Of a DNA stretch of 64,000 bases, positions 18,737 to 27,847 are shown one piece after another (the first letter of the stretch is position 1; the number at the start of each line of letters is the position of its first letter). This DNA comes from Solirubrobacterales bacterium. GTDB taxonomy: Bacteria; Actinomycetota; Thermoleophilia; Solirubrobacterales; Solirubrobacteraceae. The position numbers were made by a program, and so were the translations under genes. The notes under the pieces are model-generated. The model was not told the origin of the DNA and did no database searches. It saw only the letters and a program-made list of their open reading frames with translations. Location: NCBI GenBank assembly GCA_038200435.1, contig JBBPXY010000015.1, positions 6,396 to 70,395 of the forward strand. Direction: 5' to 3'.

Positions 18737-20188
18737 GTGGATCTGGAGCGCTTCGAGCAGCATCTCCGATCGCCCGTGGGGCGGGGCGGCGAGATACCCG
18801 GCGCCTACACGGGAGCGGCCGGCGGAGCCGCCTGCGGTGACCTGGTGCGAATCTCGCTCGCGGTCGAGGGGGAGCGCGTGCGCGACGCGAGCTTCGACGC
18901 CTCAGGCTGCGGGGCGATCATCGCCGCCGGCAGTGCCGCCGTCGAGCTCCTGCGCGGGAGCCACGTGCTCGACGCGGCGCGCGTCGGGCCTGGAGAGATA
19001 GCGGCCGAGCTCGGCGGCCTCTCGCCCGGAAAGCTGCACGCCGCCGACCTGGCCGCCGACGCTCTGCACCGGGCTTTGGGCGCAGCCGCGCGAGCGGATG
19101 CCCACCTGACCGCACGGCCCGGCCGCGTGCTGGTGGCGATGAGCGGAGGCGTCGACTCGGCCGCCGCGGCGCTGCTCTGCGCCCGCGAGGACGGCGCCCA
19201 GGTCGCCGCGGTGACGCTCGAGCTCTGGTCCGATGCCGAGAACGACCCCGAGGGATCGTGCTGCTCGGCCTCGGCTGTGCGTGTCGCGCGCTCTCTGGCT
19301 CACCGCATGGGGATGCCTCACTTCACCCTCGATCTGCGCGAGGAGTTCCGCGCCGGGGTGGTCGCGCCGTTCCTTGCCGGCCACGGGGCGGGGGAGACCC
19401 CCAACCCGTGCGTGGGGTGCAACGGCCACGTCAGGCTCGACGCGATGCTGGACTTCGCCTCTTCGCTGGGTGCCGGGCAACTGGCGACGGGGCACTACGC
19501 ACGCGTGGAGCGGCGCGACGACGCTGGAGCCCTGTTGCGCGCGCCCGCCGACGCCGACAAGGATCAGACCTACATGCTCGCGGCACTCGAGCCGAACTCG
19601 CTGCGGCGATTGCGCTTTCCTCTCGGCGACTTGACCAAGCCCGCGGTGCGGGAGCTCGCCCGAGCCGCTGACCTGCCCGTAGCGGAGAAGCCCGATTCGC
19701 AGGACCTCTGCTTCCTGGCCGGCACCGACCGGGCGAGCTTCCTGCGCCGCCACGGGGGCGCTGCCGAGCGGGAGGGCGACCTCGTCGACGCGAGCGGCGC
19801 CGTGCTCGGGCGTCATGCCGGGCACCAGCGCTTCACCGTCGGCCAGCGCCGGGGGATCGGCGTAGCCGCGGCCGAGCCGCTGTATGTGCTTTCGACCGAC
19901 GCCGCGTCCAACCGCGTCGTCATCGGCCCTCGCGCCGGCCTGCGCTCCAACCGCGTAGCCGTGCGCGGCGCCAGGCTGTTTCGCGACGGCGCGCGCGTCG
20001 ACAGGGTGAAGCTTCGCTACCGGTCCCGTGCGTTGCCCGCCCGCGTGGCGGGCGACGCGGCTTCGGGCGCTCATCGCCGGCTTGCCCTCGAGCTCGCCGA
20101 GCCCGCCGACGGCGCCGCTCCGGGTCAGCTGGCCTGCCTCATGGAGGGTGACCTAGTGGTCGGCTGGGGCACGATCACCCGCGCGTAG
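18737..20188 (+). CDS. mnmA: IscU/NifU-N-like domain fused to tRNA 2-thiouridylase MnmA
   Basis: GTG 18737 lies within ORF 18575..20188. The N-domain has ACGD and SGCGA, but the third-Cys motif reads KLHAAD. The MnmA part has VLVAMSGGVDSAAAA (PP-loop), NPCVGCN and DSQDLCFL. Confidence 0.85.
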   Translation: MDLERFEQHLRSPVGRGGEIPGAYTGAAGGAACGDLVRISLAVEGERVRDASFDASGCGAIIAAGSAAVELLRGSHVLDAARVGPGEIAAELGGLSPGKLHAADLAADALHRALGAAARADAHLTARPGRVLVAMSGGVDSAAAALLCAREDGAQVAAVTLELWSDAENDPEGSCCSASAVRVARSLAHRMGMPHFTLDLREEFRAGVVAPFLAGHGAGETPNPCVGCNGHVRLDAMLDFASSLGAGQLATGHYARVERRDDAGALLRAPADADKDQTYMLAALEPNSLRRLRFPLGDLTKPAVRELARAADLPVAEKPDSQDLCFLAGTDRASFLRRHGGAAEREGDLVDASGAVLGRHAGHQRFTVGQRRGIGVAAAEPLYVLSTDAASNRVVIGPRAGLRSNRVAVRGARLFRDGARVDRVKLRYRSRALPARVAGDAASGAHRRLALELAEPADGAAPGQLACLMEGDLVVGWGTITRA

Positions 20189-20349
20189 AACTCTCACCTG
20201 GACCCCTACCCGCTCGGCCCGAGCGCGAAGTACCCGAAGGTGACCCCTGAGCGTGCTCCCCGGCGGGGTTTGCTGATCATTCGGCCCGCTCCGAGCGGCT
20301 CATCGCCGGGCGGACTGGACCGGCCCGCCACCTACACTCCACGCCGCCT

Positions 20350-23004
20350 GTGATGACCTCGGACGAGATCCGCGAGACGTTCCTCGAGTTCTTCGTCGAA
20401 CGCAATCACCTTCGGCTGCCCTCGGGGTCGCTGGTGCCTTCCGTGCACGACCCGTCGGTCCTGTTGACAACGGCCGGGATGCAGCCGCTCGTGCCCTACT
20501 TCCTCGGCCGCGAGCCCGCACCGCACCACCGCCTGACAAGCTGTCAGAAGGTCTTCCGAACGGTCGACATCGAGAACGTCGGAGACACCACGCGTCATCT
20601 CACGTTCTTCGAGATGCTCGGCAACTTCTCGATCGGCGATTACTTCAAGCAGGGCGCAATCGAGCAGGCGTGGGAGTTCTCGCTTCGCGCGCTGGGCTTC
20701 GAACCCGGGAAGATCTGGATCACCGTCTTTGCCGGCGACGAGGCCCTCGACCTCGGTCCGGACGAGGAGGCGATCGAGGCCTGGCTGGCCGTAGGCGTAC
20801 CGCGCGAGCGCATCGTCGAATGCCCGCGCTCGGAGAACTTCTGGCAGGCGGGCCCCACGGGGCCTTGCGGTCCCTGCTCGGAGCTCTACTTCGACCGCGG
20901 CGTCGAGTTCGGCAGCCCTGACGACGTCCCGGGCGGCGAGAACGAGCGCTTTCTCGAGTACTGGAACCTCGTGTTCATGCAGTACGCCCAGGACCCGGTG
21001 GACCATCTCGAGCCGTTGCCGACGCAGAACATCGACACTGGGCTCGGGCTCAACCGCATGGCGCTGATCCAGCAGGGGACGCCGACGATCTTCGAAACCG
21101 ACCAGTTCAAGCCCCTGGTCCAGCTCGGCGAGGAGCTCTCGGGACGGCGCTACGGCGAGGAAGTCGCGACCGACCGCGCCCTGCGCATCCTCGCCGACCA
21201 CACCCGGGGCATGACCTTCCTGGTGGCCGATGGCGTGGTGCCGTCAAACGAAGATCGCGGCTACGTGCTGCGGCGCATCATGCGCCGGGCGATACAGCAG
21301 GGCCGATCGCTGGGGATCGCGCCGGGCTTCTTGCCGCGCTACGCCGAGCGTGTCGAGGAGCTCATGGGCGGCGCCTACCCGGAGCTCGAGACCCAGCGCG
21401 ATGCCGTGCACGGCTGGCTCGCCGCTGAGGAAGAGGGCTTCGACCGGACCCTCGAGCAGGGCAGCGGGCTGCTCGCCGACCTCATCAGGCGCGCGCGCGA
21501 GAGCGGCGCCGAGGGCATCGCCGCCGAGGACGCCTTCCGGCTGCACGACACGTACGGGTTCCCGATCGACCTCACGCTCGAGCTTGTCGCCGCGGAGGGG
21601 CTGGGAGTCGACGAGCAGGGCTTCGAGCTGCTGATGGACGACCAGCGGACCCGCGCGCGGGCCGGCGCCGGCCGGAGTGCCGTGGCGCAGGACAGCACGC
21701 GCGGCGCGGCTGAGCGCCTCGTGGCCGGCGCCGGCTTTGCCACCGACTTCACCGGCTACGCGGCGACGGAGCAGGAGACCACGGTCGGCGCGCTCGGGGA
21801 GGACGGCGGGCGGGTGCTCGCGAAGCTCGTCGAGTCGCCGTTCTACGCCGCCGGCGGCGGGCAGGTATCCGACTCCGGCTGGGTCGAGTGCGCGTCGGGC
21901 GATTGCCGAGCGCAAGTGAGCGAGGTGTTCCGTGTCGGGGACGATCAGGTGGTCGTGCTCGAGCCCGAGCGCGGCGAGCTGCGCGCCGGTGAAGCCGTTC
22001 ACGCCCGGGTCGACCGCGCCGCGCGTCACGCGACGGAGTGCAACCACACCGCGACTCACCTCTTGCACGCCGCGCTCCGGGAGCGCCTCGGCGGGCACGT
22101 GCGCCAGGCCGGCTCGGCGGTGCGACCCGACAAGCTGCGCTTCGACTTCACCCACGGGCACTCCCTCAGCCCCGAGGACGTGCGCGCGGTCGAAGACGAG
22201 GTCAACGCGCGCATCGCGCACAACGACCCGGTCCGGGCGCTGTCGACGACGCTCGACGAGGCGCGCAGACTGGGCGCGATGGCGCTCTTCGGAGAGAAGT
22301 ACGGTGACGTCGTGCGAATGGTCGAGATCGGCGACGGATCGTTCTCGCGCGAGCTCTGCGGAGGGACCCACGTGCGCTCGACCGCGGAGATCGGCGCGTT
22401 CCGCGTGCTCACGGAGAGCTCGAGCGCGGCCAACGTGCGCCGGATCGAGGCGCTCACCGGCCCGGGAGCGATCGACCTGCTGCGCCGCCACGACACAGTG
22501 CTGAGCGAGGCGGGCGTTCGTCTGAAGGTGCCACCGGAGCGCGTGCTCCAAGCGCTCGACGAGCGCGAGAAGCGCCGTCGTGAGCTCGAAGAGGCGGCGC
22601 GCCGCGGACCGGCGGCGGCCACGAACGGCGCGGTGGACCTCGAAGCTCTCGCGGGTCGCGCCACCGATGTGGCCGGCGCGACCGTCCTTGTCGAGGCCGT
22701 CGAAGTGCCGACTCCCGACGGCCTTCTCGAGCTTGTCGACCGCCTGAAAGGACCGCTGGGCGAGGCCGCCGTGGTGCTCGGCACCGTCATCGAAGGCCGC
22801 GTCCATCTGGTGGTCGGCCTGCACAAGAGCCTCGTCGAGCGAGGGGTGCACGCGGGCACGGTCGTCAAGGCCGCAGCCGAAGTGGCAGGCGGTGGCGGGG
22901 GCGGCCGGGATTCGCTCGCGCGCGCCGGTGGCCGCGATCCCGAGAAGCTGCCCGACGCGCTGGTGGCCGCGCGGACGGCGATCGAAGCCGTCCTCGTCAC
23001 ATGA
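20350..23004 (+). CDS. alaS: alanine--tRNA ligase
   Basis: Motifs SCQKVFRTVDIENVG, FEMLGNFSIGDYFK, HTATHLLHAAL, CGGTHV. Length 884 aa. Confidence 0.95.
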   Translation: MMTSDEIRETFLEFFVERNHLRLPSGSLVPSVHDPSVLLTTAGMQPLVPYFLGREPAPHHRLTSCQKVFRTVDIENVGDTTRHLTFFEMLGNFSIGDYFKQGAIEQAWEFSLRALGFEPGKIWITVFAGDEALDLGPDEEAIEAWLAVGVPRERIVECPRSENFWQAGPTGPCGPCSELYFDRGVEFGSPDDVPGGENERFLEYWNLVFMQYAQDPVDHLEPLPTQNIDTGLGLNRMALIQQGTPTIFETDQFKPLVQLGEELSGRRYGEEVATDRALRILADHTRGMTFLVADGVVPSNEDRGYVLRRIMRRAIQQGRSLGIAPGFLPRYAERVEELMGGAYPELETQRDAVHGWLAAEEEGFDRTLEQGSGLLADLIRRARESGAEGIAAEDAFRLHDTYGFPIDLTLELVAAEGLGVDEQGFELLMDDQRTRARAGAGRSAVAQDSTRGAAERLVAGAGFATDFTGYAATEQETTVGALGEDGGRVLAKLVESPFYAAGGGQVSDSGWVECASGDCRAQVSEVFRVGDDQVVVLEPERGELRAGEAVHARVDRAARHATECNHTATHLLHAALRERLGGHVRQAGSAVRPDKLRFDFTHGHSLSPEDVRAVEDEVNARIAHNDPVRALSTTLDEARRLGAMALFGEKYGDVVRMVEIGDGSFSRELCGGTHVRSTAEIGAFRVLTESSSAANVRRIEALTGPGAIDLLRRHDTVLSEAGVRLKVPPERVLQALDEREKRRRELEEAARRGPAAATNGAVDLEALAGRATDVAGATVLVEAVEVPTPDGLLELVDRLKGPLGEAAVVLGTVIEGRVHLVVGLHKSLVERGVHAGTVVKAAAEVAGGGGGGRDSLARAGGRDPEKLPDALVAARTAIEAVLVT

Positions 23005-23423
23005 GGGTTCTTGCCCTGGACTACGGCAGCGCTCGCTGCGGCTGTGCCGTCAGCGACCCGACCGGAACGCTCGCCACGCCCATCGAGGAAGTGCTGCGGC
23101 CGGCGACTCGGCGTGGGCTCGCTCGCCTGCGCGCCCTGGCGGGCGAGCGCGACGTCGAGCGGGTGGTCGTCGGGCTGCCCCTCGGGCTCTCGGGCCGCGA
23201 CACCGCTCAGACGCAGGAGACGCGCGCCTTCGCCGATCGTCTGGGTCAGGGTCTCGACGTTCCGGTTGAGCTCTACGACGAGCGGTTCACGACCACGCTC
23301 GCCGTCCGGGCCGGCGGCCGGGAGAGCGAGGACTCGCGCGCGGCGGCTGTGCTGCTCGAGGGTTGGTTGGCCCGGGGCGAGAGGCCCTTGGAAGCGGTTC
23401 CGGCCCAGGAGGCAGAGCGATGA
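23001..23423 (+). CDS. ruvX: Holliday-junction-resolvase-like putative pre-16S rRNA nuclease (YqgF)
   Basis: Motifs MRVLALDYGSARCGCAVSD, VVVGLPL, DERFTT. It has an ATGA overlap with alaS. Confidence 0.88.
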   Translation: MRVLALDYGSARCGCAVSDPTGTLATPIEEVLRPATRRGLARLRALAGERDVERVVVGLPLGLSGRDTAQTQETRAFADRLGQGLDVPVELYDERFTTTLAVRAGGRESEDSRAAAVLLEGWLARGERPLEAVPAQEAER

Positions 23424-24664
23424 GCGACGAGGAGCCCCGCGACCAGCCGACCGAGGCGTGGACGCCGCAGTTCGAGCCCGAGGATGACTACGAGGCCCCG
23501 TCGGGCACCCGGCGGGTGTCACCCGCGGACCGCGCTCGGGCACGCGCGGCCGCGTCGCAACCGGCCGGGCCCTCTGCGCCGGCTCGGCGCGCACCGGATG
23601 AGCCGCGGCGCCGCTTGGGCCTGCGTCGCTTGATCGCCCTGGCTGTGCTCGCGGTCGCGATCGGCGCCACCGTCTTCGCGGTCCTGCTCTTCCAGCCCTT
23701 CACCGGCAAGGGCAGCGGCTCCGTGACCGTGCAGGTGCCGCGCGGTGCGTCGGCGAGCCAGATCGGAGACATCCTGGCCCGTGGCGGCGTGGTCGATTCG
23801 AGCTTCTTCTTCTCGCTGCGCGCGAAGCTCTCGGGCAAGCGCGGCGCGCTGCGCTCGGGCTCCTTCAAGCTGGCGAAGGGGATGAGCTACGCGTCGGCGA
23901 TCGACGCCCTCACGCGGGTCCCGCCGGCCGCTCCCGTCGCGCACTTCACGATCCCCGAGGGGCTCTCGCGGCGTGAGGTAGCCGCGCGGCTCAAGGGGTC
24001 GGGCCTGACCGGGAGCTACGTGAACGCGACCAAGCGCGCTCCCGGCTTCAAGCCCTCTGCCTACGGCGCGCCCGCAAGTACCCCCACGCTCGAGGGCTTC
24101 CTCTTCCCGGCCACATACGACTTGAAGCCCCACGCGCCCGCCTCGGCGCTGGTCGCCAAGCAGCTTGTCGCGTTCCGGCGCAACTTCGCCGGGCTGAGTC
24201 TCGCCGACGCCAAGCGCAAACAGCTCACGAGCTACGACCTCGTCGTGATCGCCTCGATGGTCGAGCGCGAAGCCCAACGCGATGACGAGCGCCCGCTTGT
24301 CGCGGCGGTCATCTACAACCGGCTGCACGACCACATCCCGCTCGGTATCGACGCGACGCTGCGCTACGCGCTGAACGACTGGACCAAGCCGCTCACCCAG
24401 TCGCAGCTGGCGCTGCCCACGCCCTACAACACGCGGTTGCGCCAGGGTCTGCCGCCCACGCCGATCGGCAATCCCGGACTCGCCTCGCTCAAGGCGGCGG
24501 CGAACCCGGCAAAGAGCGCCTTCCTCTACTACGTCGTCAAGCCCGGCACGTGCGGGCGTCACGCGTTCTCCTCCTCGAACGCCCAGTTCCTCGCGGACGT
24601 CGCGCGCTACAACGACGCGCGCAACAAGGCGGGCGGCCGCTCGCCGACCACGTGTAAGCAGTAA
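23420..24664 (+). CDS. mltG: endolytic murein transglycosylase (YceG family)
   Basis: ATG 23420 overlaps the ruvX stop. It has an N-terminal TM helix, then LEGFLFPATY, VIASMVEREA, VIYNRL and PYNTR. Confidence 0.88.
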   Translation: MSDEEPRDQPTEAWTPQFEPEDDYEAPSGTRRVSPADRARARAAASQPAGPSAPARRAPDEPRRRLGLRRLIALAVLAVAIGATVFAVLLFQPFTGKGSGSVTVQVPRGASASQIGDILARGGVVDSSFFFSLRAKLSGKRGALRSGSFKLAKGMSYASAIDALTRVPPAAPVAHFTIPEGLSRREVAARLKGSGLTGSYVNATKRAPGFKPSAYGAPASTPTLEGFLFPATYDLKPHAPASALVAKQLVAFRRNFAGLSLADAKRKQLTSYDLVVIASMVEREAQRDDERPLVAAVIYNRLHDHIPLGIDATLRYALNDWTKPLTQSQLALPTPYNTRLRQGLPPTPIGNPGLASLKAAANPAKSAFLYYVVKPGTCGRHAFSSSNAQFLADVARYNDARNKAGGRSPTTCKQ

Positions 24665-24678
24665 GGCCGAGTCCGCTG

Positions 24679-25476
24679 GTGCCGCGCCTTGGCGTCCTCG
24701 GTCACCCGGTCGCGCACAGCCGCTCTCCGGCTATGCACCGGGCCGCCTTCGTGGCGCTCGGCATGGACCGGGAGTGGAGATACCAGCGCCTGCCCGTCCC
24801 CCCGGAGCTGTTCAAGGAGACGGTCCGCGCGCTGCCGGCGGCCGGCTTCGTCGGCGCAAACGTGACGATCCCCCCCAAGGAGGCGGCCCTCGCTCTTGCC
24901 GATGAGGCGACGCCGGAAGCCCGTGCGATCGGCGCCGCCAACACCCTCAGCTTCACCCCCGACGGCCGGATCCACGCGGCCAACACCGACGCGCCGGGTC
25001 TGATCGCCGCCCTGCCGGAGCCTCCGGCCGGCCGCAGCGCACTCGTGCTGGGCGCCGGGGGCAGCGCCCGCGCGGTCGCCTGGGCCCTGCGTCACGCCGG
25101 TGCCGGAGAGGTGTCGGTGTGGAATCGCACGCCCGAGCGCGCACGCGCGTTGGCGGACTCGCTCGGGGTGCGGGCGGTCGGCCGTCTGGAGCCCGCCGAT
25201 CTGCTCGTCAACTGCACGTCTGTGGGCTTGGATGGGGAGGGCGGGGAACTCAAGATCGGCCCGCTGGGTGCCGATGAGCTCCTCGGGTTCAACAGCGTGA
25301 TCGATCTTGTCTACGGCACGACGGAGACGGCGCTCGTCTCGACGGCGCGCCGTCTCGGCGTGCCCGCAGTAGATGGGCTCGAGGTGCTCGTCCGGCAGGG
25401 CGCAGCCTCCTTCGAGCTGTGGACAGGCCGCACGCCGCCGCTCGATGCCATGCGGGCCGGGGCCCGGGACTCATGA
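24679..25476 (+). CDS. aroE: shikimate dehydrogenase
   Basis: Motifs HSRSPAMHRAAF, GANVTIPPKEAA, NTDAPG, VLGAGGSARAV. Confidence 0.9.
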   Translation: MPRLGVLGHPVAHSRSPAMHRAAFVALGMDREWRYQRLPVPPELFKETVRALPAAGFVGANVTIPPKEAALALADEATPEARAIGAANTLSFTPDGRIHAANTDAPGLIAALPEPPAGRSALVLGAGGSARAVAWALRHAGAGEVSVWNRTPERARALADSLGVRAVGRLEPADLLVNCTSVGLDGEGGELKIGPLGADELLGFNSVIDLVYGTTETALVSTARRLGVPAVDGLEVLVRQGAASFELWTGRTPPLDAMRAGARDS

Positions 25477-25639
25477 GCGACCCTTCCGATTCGAATCTCC
25501 ACCATCTGCGGCCCGTTCTCTCGGGGGAGCCGGCGCCGACGGATGGGGGCGCCACGCTCTCCGCCGGCCCTCCGACGGTCTTGGGCGGCGCCCTGATCCG
25601 GTTGCACTTCCGCCGGCACCTTTCGGTTCGGAGTCGGCG

Positions 25640-27577
25640 GTGCCTCCGCCTGCGCCGTTCAGTGAGCCCGAGGCGGTCGTGACCTCACCGTATGGCGAGT
25701 CGGAGTCGGCGACGGCTCTCCCCGCAGATCCCGTTGTGACGCCGCCTGCTGCGGACTACGGAGCACCGGATCCCGTGGCTACTCAGCCGGCCGCTCCGCC
25801 CGCAGTGATCACGCCGGCGCCGGTGTCCTACGGTGGCTCAGAGGCCGTGGCCTACGAGCCGGAAGCCGCCGATTGGGATGGCCTGACGCCGCCCTCACGC
25901 CGCGGCGGCTCGGGTCGGTTCCTGACCGACGTCCTCGTCGATCTCGGGTTCGTCGATAGCGCGCGGGTGGAGAGCGCCGTCGAGTCGGCCCGCCTCTCGG
26001 GCCGGCCGCCCGAGAGGATGCTGCTCGAGGCAGGAGCCATCACCCCCGACCAGCTCGCGCGAGGGACAGCTGAGCGCTTTGGCCTCGACCACGTCGATCT
26101 CAACACCTACAACGTCGACATGGCAGCCGCGAACCTCGTCAACACCGCGGCGGCGCGGCGCTACGAGGCCGTTCCCATCTCGTTGATCGGGAGCACCGCT
26201 GTGCTGGTCGCGATGGCCGATCCCTCCAACGTCCTCGCGGTCGACGATATCGCGATGCTCACGAGTCTCGAGGTGCGCCCGGCGGTCGCCTCGAGCGAGG
26301 ACATCGCCGGGCTCGTGATGCGACTCAACCGCTTCGAGGACGCGGTTCAGGAGGCTTACGAAGAGGAGCGCGACACCGAGAGCACCGCCGAGGTAGTCGA
26401 CCTGCAGGAGTCCGCCGACGACGCCCCGGTCGTCAAGCTCGTGCACTCGATCATCGCTCAGGCGGTCGAACGAGGCGCCTCCGACATCCACTTCGAGCCG
26501 GACGGCACCGACATGCGCGTGCGTCTGCGCATCGACGGCGTCATGTCGACCACCACCACGGTTCCCCGCCGCATGGTGGGCGGAGTGGTCTCGCGCATGA
26601 AGATCATGTCGGAGCTTGACATCGCCGAGCGCCGCATGCCCCAGGACGGCCGTATGGGGCTGAACGTCGACCACCGTCACATCGACATCCGCGTTGTCAC
26701 CCTGCCGAGCGTTCACGGAGAGTCCGTGGTCTTGAGGATCCTGGACAAGGACGCGGTGGTCCTCGAGCTCGACAAGCTGGGCATGCAGGACGAGGAGCGC
26801 GACCGCTTCCGGCGTGCCTTCAAGCGCTCTCACGGCGCTGTCCTCGTCACGGGGCCGACGGGCTCGGGCAAGTCGACCACGCTCTACGGGGCGCTCGGCG
26901 AGCTCAACACGCCCGAGAAGAACATCATCACGATCGAGGATCCGGTCGAATTCGAGGTCGACGGCGTCACCCAGGTGCAGGTGAACCCGCGCACGGGCCT
27001 GACGTTCGCCCAGGGCCTGCGGTCGATGATGCGCGCCGACCCCGACATCCTCATGGTCGGAGAGATCCGCGACCGCGAGACCGCGCAGATCGCGGTGGAA
27101 GGCGCCCTCACGGGCCACCTCGTCCTCTCCACGCTCCACACCAACGACGCACCGACGGCCATGACGCGGCTGACCGAGATGGGCATCGAGCCCTTCCTGG
27201 TGGCCTCCGCGGTCGACTGTGTCGTCGCCCAGCGCCTGGCCCGCACCCTGTGCCCGATGTGCAAGCGCCGAGTCATCATCTCTGCCGAGGTGCTGCGCGA
27301 CCACGGATTCAACGCCCAGCTCGACATCGAGGCCTACGAGCCCGCGGGCTGCGGGCGTTGCGGAGGCATGGGCTACAAGGGCCGGGTTGGGGTGTATGAG
27401 GTGATGCACGTCGACGACGAGATCCGCTCGATGATCCTGCGCCGCGCCGCCTCCGACGAGATCGCCGCCGCCGCCGCGCGCGCCGGGATGCGCCGCCTGC
27501 GCGAGGACGGCCTCGACAAGGTCAAGAAGGGCCAGACGTCGCTTGCGGAGATCGCCCGGGTGACCGGAGCTTCCTGA
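25640..27577 (+). CDS. pilB: type IV pilus assembly ATPase PilB (GspE family); true start uncertain
   Basis: ORF 25373..27577. It contains a T2SSE_N domain, Walker A GPTGSGKSTTL, GEIRD and a CPMC...CGRCGG tetracysteine. GTG 25640 is preceded by GGAG at 25629-25632. An upstream ATG at 25473 in another frame may be the real start, separated by a 1-nt indel (see findings). Confidence 0.9.
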   Translation: MPPPAPFSEPEAVVTSPYGESESATALPADPVVTPPAADYGAPDPVATQPAAPPAVITPAPVSYGGSEAVAYEPEAADWDGLTPPSRRGGSGRFLTDVLVDLGFVDSARVESAVESARLSGRPPERMLLEAGAITPDQLARGTAERFGLDHVDLNTYNVDMAAANLVNTAAARRYEAVPISLIGSTAVLVAMADPSNVLAVDDIAMLTSLEVRPAVASSEDIAGLVMRLNRFEDAVQEAYEEERDTESTAEVVDLQESADDAPVVKLVHSIIAQAVERGASDIHFEPDGTDMRVRLRIDGVMSTTTTVPRRMVGGVVSRMKIMSELDIAERRMPQDGRMGLNVDHRHIDIRVVTLPSVHGESVVLRILDKDAVVLELDKLGMQDEERDRFRRAFKRSHGAVLVTGPTGSGKSTTLYGALGELNTPEKNIITIEDPVEFEVDGVTQVQVNPRTGLTFAQGLRSMMRADPDILMVGEIRDRETAQIAVEGALTGHLVLSTLHTNDAPTAMTRLTEMGIEPFLVASAVDCVVAQRLARTLCPMCKRRVIISAEVLRDHGFNAQLDIEAYEPAGCGRCGGMGYKGRVGVYEVMHVDDEIRSMILRRAASDEIAAAAARAGMRRLREDGLDKVKKGQTSLAEIARVTGAS

Positions 27578-27847
27578 GCAGGGCCGCCGGCTTCGCCGGC
27601 TCGAAGTACGGGTGACAGGTACGCGGGCCTTACGTCGCCCCGGGCTCGCATCTGGGAAGGGGGGAAGGAGTGAACCGGCCTCGCAGATGGGGGGTGGTCG
27701 CACTTAACGACAGTGTGTGTCGCTAAAGGCAACCACCCCCTCTCGCTGCCCTCCCAAGATCCGAACGACGCCGCGGCCGATCCCGCGCCCTGCCACCTGC
27801 CACCTGAAGAGGGGTAACGGTCGGACCCTCAGCTGCCGATAGGACGC

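Noticed and set aside
20189-20349. A T-box or other leader upstream of alaS.
   Set aside because: I found no specifier-loop/T-box sequence (…GGUGGUACCGCG-like) or terminator/antiterminator pair by eye. The region is just a GC-rich 160-nt spacer.
25419-25682. ORF 25419..25682 treated as an independent 87-aa gene.
   Set aside because: Its 5' part overlaps aroE and its last ~27 codons are Arg-rich. Only the middle part (from ATG 25473) looks coding, and that is better explained as a displaced pilB N-terminus (see finding).
27578-27847. A second c-di-GMP riboswitch in the pilB-pilT spacer, prompted by the CGCTAAAGGCAACC segment.
   Set aside because: It lacks the GGCAAACC … GGGACGCAAAGCC block pair and the two-hairpin layout seen at 30447-30527. 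It is kept only as an unclassified structured spacer.
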